Assembly: GCA_036574205.1 (NCBI GenBank)
Contig: JAINCQ010000038.1
Span: 1-51,179 of the forward strand
Reading direction: 5' to 3'
From: Elusimicrobiota bacterium
GTDB lineage: Bacteria; Elusimicrobiota; Elusimicrobia; Elusimicrobiales; UBA9959
DNA length: 51,179 nucleotides
The stretch's first letter is position 1. Each line of letters begins with the position of its first letter. Position numbers and translations under genes: made by a program. Below the pieces are notes generated by a model, which saw only the letters and a program-made list of their open reading frames with translations, ran no database searches and had not been told where the DNA came from. Shown here piece by piece: positions 41,356 through 49,072 of the stretch.

Positions 41356-43263
41356 TTACATTCCAAGTTGTCTTTTTAAATCATCAAGCCAATTTTTAAA
41401 CTCCATATCATTGGACAATTTTACATAATTATCATAAGCTGAAACAGCTTCTGCATAGTTACCAATAGAGTAATAACTTGAACCAAGATATTGCCAGGCC
41501 ACAGCGTTTTCAGGCTCGGCTTCAATAACATACCTTAGATAAGAAATAGCAGTTTCAAAGTCCTGAGAATTATATGCATCAACAGCTTTAGACATATAGT
41601 CAGATAATGAATCTTCTTGTTGAGACTGAGTTTGAGATGCTTTCTCTATTCTCTTATCACGTGCAGCAGAAGAGATATCAGATTCTATTATATATATTCC
41701 TCCTTCACTTTTTCTATAACTTGCTATTTTGCCCTCAGCCTCAAGAGTTTTAACAGTATCAACTATTTTCATCTGCGCTTCATCAATCTGTTGCTGTGTT
41801 AATTCCCCCATATACTCTATAATCTCTTTTATGGTGTTCTGAGCTCCCTGAGACATATTTCTGAAAAATTTATCTGATATTTGGGGAGAAGCGCCTTTAA
41901 GAGCTTTTGCAAGGTCTTCGTTTGAAACACTTCTTATAATAGTCTGAATATCCTTGTCACTAAAAGAAACAATGTCTTCAAAGATAAGCATTATGCTTCT
42001 TATTTTTTCATATATATCAGGTTTCTGGTTTTTTAAGTATTCAAGAACGTTTTTTCTTGTTTGTGGATCAGCCTCTTCAAGTATCTTCATTAACTGCTCC
42101 ACCCCTCCCATTACAAATTCCACACTTTCCTTCACTTCTTTATCAATAGCTTCTATCTGTTCTCTTGTAGCTTGTTTTACCTTCAAGGATTCAATAGCAA
42201 CTTTAGATTGTAGTTCAACTGGAAGCATGGCAAAAGCCTGTTTTGATATTTCTGGCTTAAGATAACTTAAAATTACCGCTATTATCCATGGGTCCTCTTT
42301 TTTAAGTAAAAAAAGATAAATAAGTTTTTTAAGATTTTCTTCATTGATGTAAGTAAAAGGCTCCAACTTCTTCATTTCTTCCTCCTCCTCTACCTCTTCT
42401 TCCTCTTTCTGGATAAAATTCATATCTATAGCCTGATGCCCTTCCTGCTTCTCTTCCCCTTCCCCTTTCCCTTCACCCTTACCGCCTTCTTCTCTTTTAT
42501 CCTCTATATTGACCTCAGCCCCAGGCTTTTCCATAATAGCTTTCAGATACCGTCTTAAAAAAGACCATAACGGTCCAAAAAGGTAAAATAAAAACAAGAG
42601 AAGCAAAATAGCATATAGAAGCGGAAGATAAACTAGAGGCTTTTTAATATCATCCCATATATTGGAAGTATTAAATTTTGTCGGTTTGAATATGACTATC
42701 GGAGGGTCTTTCCCTCCTATTTTATATGGAAGCAATAAATCATCTATTCTCTCCCTTGCTATCATAAGCAAACCCTGAGGTAATTTCTCGTCGTGTAAAA
42801 CAGTAACCTGAAACTTTGTTATTGTCGGCTCTACAGAAAATTTTACTTCTTCCACCCCAAGTGTTTGTTGTGTTTGCCTTCCATGTGCAGCCTCTGGCCT
42901 TTTATCATCTCCTAAAATATATTTAGGCTTTGGGATTCCTGGAAGAATAAAATCAGTATCTGCATAAGACTGAGAAGCGCCTTTTTCCTTATATTGCTGT
43001 AAAACCCCAACTCCCTCTTTTGACTGATCTCTTTTTTTTGTTATTATTTCAAAAAGCACATCCGCAAAAGCAAAAGCTCTGTCTTTCCCAAGCACAGGAT
43101 CCAGTATGTTATTTTTTATTTTTTCCTCTATTTCCTTTCTAAACTCATTTTGTTTTTCTATCAGGACAATATTTATATCATTTGAATATGTATTATTCTG
43201 AGAGAAAATTACTGAGATGTTAATAACCAAAAGAAAAAAGGATATTATAATACTGAACCTCAT
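41356..43263 (-). CDS. Membrane-anchored FliG-domain protein: signal peptide, FliF-C-like periplasmic domain, TM, FliG middle/C domains, TPR
   Basis: aa 1-21 signal; aa ~40-197 IEEKI..ILDPVLG...LPGIP...ITKFQVTV; TM aa ~210-235; aa ~302-513 EDPWIIAVILSYL, GG linker, MLIFED, LAKALKG, NMS, IDEAQ.KIV...LEAEGKI; aa ~555-620 TPR. Confidence 0.85.
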   Translation of the reverse strand: MRFSIIISFFLLVINISVIFSQNNTYSNDINIVLIEKQNEFRKEIEEKIKNNILDPVLGKDRAFAFADVLFEIITKKRDQSKEGVGVLQQYKEKGASQSYADTDFILPGIPKPKYILGDDKRPEAAHGRQTQQTLGVEEVKFSVEPTITKFQVTVLHDEKLPQGLLMIARERIDDLLLPYKIGGKDPPIVIFKPTKFNTSNIWDDIKKPLVYLPLLYAILLLLFLFYLFGPLWSFLRRYLKAIMEKPGAEVNIEDKREEGGKGEGKGEGEEKQEGHQAIDMNFIQKEEEEVEEEEEMKKLEPFTYINEENLKKLIYLFLLKKEDPWIIAVILSYLKPEISKQAFAMLPVELQSKVAIESLKVKQATREQIEAIDKEVKESVEFVMGGVEQLMKILEEADPQTRKNVLEYLKNQKPDIYEKIRSIMLIFEDIVSFSDKDIQTIIRSVSNEDLAKALKGASPQISDKFFRNMSQGAQNTIKEIIEYMGELTQQQIDEAQMKIVDTVKTLEAEGKIASYRKSEGGIYIIESDISSAARDKRIEKASQTQSQQEDSLSDYMSKAVDAYNSQDFETAISYLRYVIEAEPENAVAWQYLGSSYYSIGNYAEAVSAYDNYVKLSNDMEFKNWLDDLKRQLGM

Positions 43264-43330
43264 AAATATAATTTTACCTTATTAATAATTACAAAAATAT
43301 AACATAATTATTATATAAACCAAGCTAAAT

Positions 43331-44914
43331 CTATTTTATCTGTTCAAGAAATTGTTTTACTGTAATATTGTTAGGATTGATCTCAAGAACTTTTTCCCAC
43401 ATTGCTTTTGCTTTAGCTTTTTGATCCATAAGGAAGAAAGCGCTTCCCATAATCTCAAGCGCCGTCTCATTATTCGGTTCAAGATCAAGTATATCCTGCG
43501 CTCGTCTTAAAGCAACATCGTATTTCCCTTCATATATAGCCTGCCTTGCGTCATAAATTTTTTGATCTATTAATGTAAAAATCTCAGGTCCCTCGGGTCT
43601 TCTTGTAAGTTCACTCATGCCAGCTTCTTTCTCTACCATATTAAGCAGAGAAAGCAATTTGTCGTCTTTTGGATTTTTATTATAAGCATGTCTTAAAACA
43701 TTAACAGCACTTCTTAAATCTTTTCCATCAACATACGCTACTATACCCCTTCTAATAAGTGTTTGAAGTTCATCCATACCAGTTGCATTAGGTACATAAG
43801 TAATAGCTGACTGAAGTTTATCAAGCATTTGTCTTATCTCAACATTACCTGGATCTGCATCAAGAGCGCTTTTGAATTTTTCAACTGCTTTTGAAAAGTA
43901 TCCTGATTTGAAATACTGTAAAGCCTGTCTTACTATATTTCTTATTTCAGAATCATGTTTAGCCTTTGAGGAATCACCAAATCTAATCCCCACAGAAAAC
44001 TTTGTAGTGTTTCCAAGAGAATGTATTCCCTGAGCTACATCAAGGTTAACCCCTTTGTATTTAATACCTATTCCAAAACTTGCTTCCTGTATATCTGGAT
44101 TTGCCATTATGCCAAATCTAAAAGCCGCCCAATAAAGTGGATAATACTCTCCACCAAACCTCAGGTTCTGTCCCCCACCTTGAGTTTTTGTAACATCAAG
44201 ATCGAATATCAAACTTCCCTTGAAAAGACTGAAAGATTGCCCTAACTTAAAAACAAGCGGAAAATTATCGTCGGTATCGCCAGATTTCATTGAGAAAATA
44301 TTCTGGACTCCAAAAGCAAATCTATACACCTTTGACATATTATAATTTATAGCAAGATCTATTGTATTAAAAGAATCCTTTGATGTGTCTACGCTTCTTG
44401 AAACATTTTTTACAGAAACCCCAAATGCCAATTTTGAAGAAACGTTTCTCCCCCATGCCAGTCCTATCGCTCTTTCTGTTACTTCAAATGTTCCAAGACT
44501 TTCAAGGCTTACTATTTCGTTAGTATTTGGATCAACTTTTATCGCAACCTTTTCAAATCCTCCAGAATTCATCTGATCCATAAATATACCAAATGTTCCT
44601 TTTGAAGCAGTTGGTTGAACATAGCCTATAAAATTAAGGGTTGTCTGCTCAAACATCTGCGCTTGCATAAAAGAAAACTCTTTTCTTTCAACAAGCGACA
44701 AGGCTGCCGGATTCCAGTAACTTGCTGTTGCGTCATCGCTTATTGCAAAAAAAGCACCTCCCATCCCCAGGGCTCTTGCTCCAACGCCATAATTTAAAAA
44801 TGCACCTGCCTGACCACCACTTTGAGCAAACGTATCAACTGTAAATAAAAAAACCATTATAAATGCTTTTAGCAGATATAATGGTTTAATTATATATATA
44901 AATACTCTATTCAT
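43331..44914 (-). CDS. PorV/PorQ (FadL-like) outer-membrane beta-barrel protein with C-terminal TPR domains (start probably MNRVF at 44914)
   Basis: AFL.YGVGARALGMGGAF.A..DDA.A.YWNPA.L; amphipathic beta strands ending FSVGIRF; then TPRs (AVEKFKSALDADPGN, AKAMWEKVLEINPNN). Confidence 0.85.
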   Translation of the reverse strand: MNRVFIYIIKPLYLLKAFIMVFLFTVDTFAQSGGQAGAFLNYGVGARALGMGGAFFAISDDATASYWNPAALSLVERKEFSFMQAQMFEQTTLNFIGYVQPTASKGTFGIFMDQMNSGGFEKVAIKVDPNTNEIVSLESLGTFEVTERAIGLAWGRNVSSKLAFGVSVKNVSRSVDTSKDSFNTIDLAINYNMSKVYRFAFGVQNIFSMKSGDTDDNFPLVFKLGQSFSLFKGSLIFDLDVTKTQGGGQNLRFGGEYYPLYWAAFRFGIMANPDIQEASFGIGIKYKGVNLDVAQGIHSLGNTTKFSVGIRFGDSSKAKHDSEIRNIVRQALQYFKSGYFSKAVEKFKSALDADPGNVEIRQMLDKLQSAITYVPNATGMDELQTLIRRGIVAYVDGKDLRSAVNVLRHAYNKNPKDDKLLSLLNMVEKEAGMSELTRRPEGPEIFTLIDQKIYDARQAIYEGKYDVALRRAQDILDLEPNNETALEIMGSAFFLMDQKAKAKAMWEKVLEINPNNITVKQFLEQIK

Positions 44915-45000
44915 AGCTTCGGCAGCCTGACCTTCCGGTATATACCGGAATCTTTGGCTTTGCGCCCCCAAATTTCTTTGGGTTTGCTATTATCGTACTA
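44914..45000 (-). ncRNA. GEMM-I (c-di-GMP-I family) riboswitch, A20 variant (c-AMP-GMP type)
   Basis: Minus strand UAGUACGAUAAUAGCAAACCCAAA-GAAA-UUUGGGGGCGCAAAGCC...GAUUCCGGUAUAUACCGGAAGGUC-AGGCUGCCGAAGCUA: P2 with GAAA tetraloop, GCAAAGCC junction, P3, 3' UGCCGA. Confidence 0.9.
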
Positions 45001-45051
45001 TATTTGCATTACAAATATATTACGCCTGCCTTACAATGTTGTTACATTTAT

Positions 45052-45079
45052 ATTATAGCAGAAAATCTGGTTTTGTCAA
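45052..45079 (-). promoter_or_regulatory. Consensus sigma70 promoter driving the riboswitch leader
   Basis: TTGACA (45079-45074), 16 bp, TATAAT (45057-45052) with extended -10 TG. Confidence 0.75.
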
Positions 45080-45098
45080 TACCCTAATTATAGACATG

Positions 45099-48000
45099 TC
45101 AAGTATGCCTGGTTTTAAATTTATTTTTAATCCAGTTTTGTAAATTGTCCATTAGAACATAAGTTACAGGTGTCATTAAAAGCGTTATTAAAAGTGATAA
45201 AACCTGCCCTCCGATTATAACCCCGGCAAGAGACCTTCTCATACCTGCGCCTGGACCTGTTCCAAGGGCCGTGGGAATCATAGCAAAAACAAGTGTGATA
45301 GTTGTCATTAGTATGGGTCTTAATCTAGTTCTATTTGCCTCTATAATTGCTTTATGCCTATCATATCCTTTTGCACGTAGCGTATTAGTATAATCAACCT
45401 GAAGTATAGAATTCTTTTTAACTATACCAAAAAGCATAAACATTCCCATAAGAGCGAATATTGTAAGATTCGAACCTGTGATGTAAAGTGAAATCAAAGC
45501 AAAAGGGAGGGTAAGGGGCAAAATTATTATTATTGAAACAGGATAAGTAAAACTCTCAAATTGAGCTGCAAGAACTATATAAACAAAAAGAAATGCAAAG
45601 ATAAAAGCCATCAAAAAACTTTTGAGCATTCTTCCAAACTCTTTTGCCTTTCCAACAGGCTGAGCCTGATATTGAGGATTATTATTTATTTTTCTAAAAA
45701 CCTCATCACAGGTATTTAAAAGCTGGCTTAAAGAAGCTTTTCCCTCAACATTCGCATATATAGATATTTTTCGCTGCCTGTTAAACCTGTCTATCTGAGT
45801 TGGTCCATATCCCGCTTCTATATCACTAACAGCATCTAACCTTACAACCTTGTTTACTGAAGAAGGAACAACCAAAGATTTTATAACCTGAGGCGAGTTT
45901 CTCCATTTTTCTTCAGCTCTCACTTTAACTTCATATAATTCGTCCCCCTCTTTATATTTTGTGACGCTTTCCTGCCCTGAAACAAAATTCCTGATTGTAT
46001 TTGCGATATCCTCAATTTTAACTCCTAACTTATGAGCCCTGTCTCTATCAATTATTATTTTATACTCCGGCTTTGCATTCGAAAAACTTGTATCAAGATC
46101 AACTACGCCATCGATTTTCTTAAGTTCGGATATTAAACTGTTAGCATAGCCTTGAAGAATGTTTAAATCTGAACCCATTACAACATACTCCATTTCATAA
46201 TTCTTCATTCCAGATATGCTCCCCTGTCCACCTACTATAACTGATGTTCTCAATCCTTCATATTTAGAAAGCATTTTTCTAACTTTAGCCATAATTTTTT
46301 CAAGGCTTTCTTTTCTTTCATTAACCCCGACAATTTCAAAAAATATATATCCTTCGTTTTTATTTGAAATACCGCTTTGAGAAATTCCGATATTTACAAG
46401 GGTTTTTGTTATATATGGAACATTATTTTTTATCTCAGATTCTATCTGAAAAATTAATTTCTTCATAATTTCAAGGTTTGTTCCTTCTTTCGCGGCAATA
46501 TTAACCTGAAACATAGAGGTATCATCAACTGGAAGGAAATTTTTTCCAATAAACTTAATCATAAAAAAAGTCATAATCATTAAAATCAATGAAGAAACTA
46601 CCATAAATTTTATATGGGAAAGTGCATAACTAAGTATCTTTATATAATATGACGCAAGAGTTTCGTTTAATCTTTCAGCAAATAATCTAAATTTTGTTTC
46701 TTTAAGTTTTCTTAACAATAACCCTGAATAACTTGGCGTTATGGTTAAAGCTACTAATGTAGATATAGCAATGGAATAAGCAAGGGTCAGTCCAAAACTT
46801 TTCATAAATCTTCCAACCATACCAGACATATAAGCAAGCGGAACAAATATTGCAAGAAGAGATATAGATATTGCAAGAACTGCAAATCCTATTTCCCTTG
46901 AACCGCTTATTGCGGCATCAAGAGATGATGTGTTTTCTTGTTCAAGATGTCTGTGTATGTTTTCAATCATAACAATAGCATCATCAATTACAAGCCCAAC
47001 TCCAACAACAAGTGCAAGAAGAGTTATGTTATTTAATGTAAAACCACTTATCTCCATAAGTGAAAATGATCCTATAACAGAAACAGGAATCGCAATAGCA
47101 GATATAATTGTGCTTCTTAAATCTCCGATAAATAAAAGTATTACAAGCGAAGCAAGTAAAGCACCTAAAACTAAATGCTCTTTTACAGCGTTTAAAGAAC
47201 CATTAATAAAAACACTTTGATCTCCTACTATCTCAACCTTCATATCAGGTGGTAAAATTTTTTTTATTTCATTAAGTTTTTCTTTTATATTTTCTATAAC
47301 TTTGACTGTGTTTGTTCCAGACTGTTTTTTAATAACAAGCGTAACCGCTGGTTTCCCATTTAAATATGAAATATTTTTAATATCCTCACCAGTATCTTTA
47401 ATACTTCCTATGTCCTTTAATTTTATTAAAGCTCCATTATAAGATGTAATTAAAATATCATTGAAATCACTAACCTTTTTAACCCTTCCCATCGTTCTTA
47501 AAACAAAATCCATATCCATCTGCTCTACATTCCCGCCCGGAACTTCCACATTCTGCTGTCTTATAGAATCAATAACCTGCTTAACAGTAATTTGATACGC
47601 CTGCATTTTTAAAGGATCTAAAATGACATGTATCTCCCTGTTTCTTCCACCAACTATATCCACAGAACCGACACCGTTTACTGTTTCAAGCATCTCTTTA
47701 ATTCTTTTTTTCACAGTTTCAGTAAGATTTACTATATCTCTATCTCCGGAAACAGCTATATTTATTATTGGCATTGCTCCAAAATCTACTTTGCTTACTA
47801 CTGGCGGATCCGTCCCTTGAGGAAGTTGTGAAAGTATTGCGTTAACCTTATCCCTTACCTCCTGAGCGGCGATATCCGGATCCCTATCCAGATCGAATTT
47901 TATCATAACAAGGCTCATTCCTTCATAGCTTGTTGAAGCTAAATCTTCTATTCCGTTAATTGTGTTTACAGCCTCCTCTATAACCTTTGTAACTGATGAT

Positions 48001-48179
48001 TCTATTTCTTCAGGGCTGGCACCTCTTAAAATAGTCTTTACTGTAACAAATGGAAATTCAACATTTGGAAATAAATCCACGCCAATTCTTAGATAAGAAA
48101 AAATACCTAAGGTTATTATTGCAACTCCAAGCATTGTTGTAAAGACTGGTCTTTTAATAAAAAACTCTGAAAACCTCAT
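45099..48179 (-). CDS. RND efflux permease (AcrB/AcrD/AcrF family)
   Basis: FIKRPV, GASPEEIE, VIDDAIVMIENI, GIVKKNSIL, RLRPILMT; 1026 aa. Confidence 0.96.
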   Translation of the reverse strand: MRFSEFFIKRPVFTTMLGVAIITLGIFSYLRIGVDLFPNVEFPFVTVKTILRGASPEEIESSVTKVIEEAVNTINGIEDLASTSYEGMSLVMIKFDLDRDPDIAAQEVRDKVNAILSQLPQGTDPPVVSKVDFGAMPIINIAVSGDRDIVNLTETVKKRIKEMLETVNGVGSVDIVGGRNREIHVILDPLKMQAYQITVKQVIDSIRQQNVEVPGGNVEQMDMDFVLRTMGRVKKVSDFNDILITSYNGALIKLKDIGSIKDTGEDIKNISYLNGKPAVTLVIKKQSGTNTVKVIENIKEKLNEIKKILPPDMKVEIVGDQSVFINGSLNAVKEHLVLGALLASLVILLFIGDLRSTIISAIAIPVSVIGSFSLMEISGFTLNNITLLALVVGVGLVIDDAIVMIENIHRHLEQENTSSLDAAISGSREIGFAVLAISISLLAIFVPLAYMSGMVGRFMKSFGLTLAYSIAISTLVALTITPSYSGLLLRKLKETKFRLFAERLNETLASYYIKILSYALSHIKFMVVSSLILMIMTFFMIKFIGKNFLPVDDTSMFQVNIAAKEGTNLEIMKKLIFQIESEIKNNVPYITKTLVNIGISQSGISNKNEGYIFFEIVGVNERKESLEKIMAKVRKMLSKYEGLRTSVIVGGQGSISGMKNYEMEYVVMGSDLNILQGYANSLISELKKIDGVVDLDTSFSNAKPEYKIIIDRDRAHKLGVKIEDIANTIRNFVSGQESVTKYKEGDELYEVKVRAEEKWRNSPQVIKSLVVPSSVNKVVRLDAVSDIEAGYGPTQIDRFNRQRKISIYANVEGKASLSQLLNTCDEVFRKINNNPQYQAQPVGKAKEFGRMLKSFLMAFIFAFLFVYIVLAAQFESFTYPVSIIIILPLTLPFALISLYITGSNLTIFALMGMFMLFGIVKKNSILQVDYTNTLRAKGYDRHKAIIEANRTRLRPILMTTITLVFAMIPTALGTGPGAGMRRSLAGVIIGGQVLSLLITLLMTPVTYVLMDNLQNWIKNKFKTRHT

Positions 48180-49051
48180 AAATTCTCCTGATTAAGAACT
48201 TTTATTGGCGAGTTATTTGAAATTCCATAAAGCCCTATTGTTATTATCTCATCCCCTTCTTTTAAATTTTTAACTTCAATCCAGTCTGTATTCTTTATGC
48301 CATGTTTTATCTCTTTTTCAATAGCGACATTATTCAATCTATCTGCAAGATAAACATATTTTTTCCCCTCTTTCTCAACTATTGCGGAAACAGGAATAGC
48401 TAAAGCCCTTTGAACTTCCTGCAGAATAACATGAGCCTCAGCTATCATTCCAGACTTCAATAAATTTTCTCTGTTTTCTATAAAAGCCTCCACAAGAAAG
48501 GTTCTTGAAAGTTTATCAACAACAGGGCTTACTTTATCTACCTTTGTATAAAAAATTTTATCAGCATAAGCATCAACCTTAATATATACCTTGCTTCCAA
48601 CAGATATTCTGGATAAATATTTTTCCGGGACTTCTATCTGAACCCTGATAACATCCTGATTTACCACAAGGGCTATCGGTGTCATTGGATTAACATCAGC
48701 TCCTTCATCCTGATAAACCCTCCCCACATATCCGCTTATAGTTGAAGGAACCGGAGCGGGTTCATATACAACCCCAACATCGTCTTTTTTAACTAAAGCA
48801 ATAGCATCATCTTTTTTGACAAAATCCCCTTCCCTGACCAGATTCTTTACGAGTTTTCCATTTATTCGCGGGTATATCACAGCTTCATCTTTTCCTTTTA
48901 TATTGCCCGATATTACCAACTCCTCCTTCAGATCTTTCCTTATAACCTTTTGAGTTTGTACATAAAAAACATTTTCATTTTTACTTCCATCTTTCTTATG
49001 GCATGAAACAACCGCAAAAAGCATAAGTAAAATCAAAAAATTTTTCTTCAT
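48176..49051 (-). CDS. RND periplasmic adaptor (membrane fusion lipoprotein)
   Basis: Lipobox VVSC; lipoyl-like halves (V.EGD.VKK, STISG.V) with essentially no alpha-hairpin; LKSGM. Confidence 0.9.
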   Translation of the reverse strand: MKKNFLILLMLFAVVSCHKKDGSKNENVFYVQTQKVIRKDLKEELVISGNIKGKDEAVIYPRINGKLVKNLVREGDFVKKDDAIALVKKDDVGVVYEPAPVPSTISGYVGRVYQDEGADVNPMTPIALVVNQDVIRVQIEVPEKYLSRISVGSKVYIKVDAYADKIFYTKVDKVSPVVDKLSRTFLVEAFIENRENLLKSGMIAEAHVILQEVQRALAIPVSAIVEKEGKKYVYLADRLNNVAIEKEIKHGIKNTDWIEVKNLKEGDEIITIGLYGISNNSPIKVLNQENL

Positions 49052-49072
49052 ATCCTATCCTCCTATTCTTCA

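Noticed and set aside
44915..44971. N-terminal extension MGAQSQRFRYIPEGQAAEA of the barrel ORF
   Set aside because: Falls inside the riboswitch aptamer; a signal-peptide-like sequence begins at the ATG at 44914.
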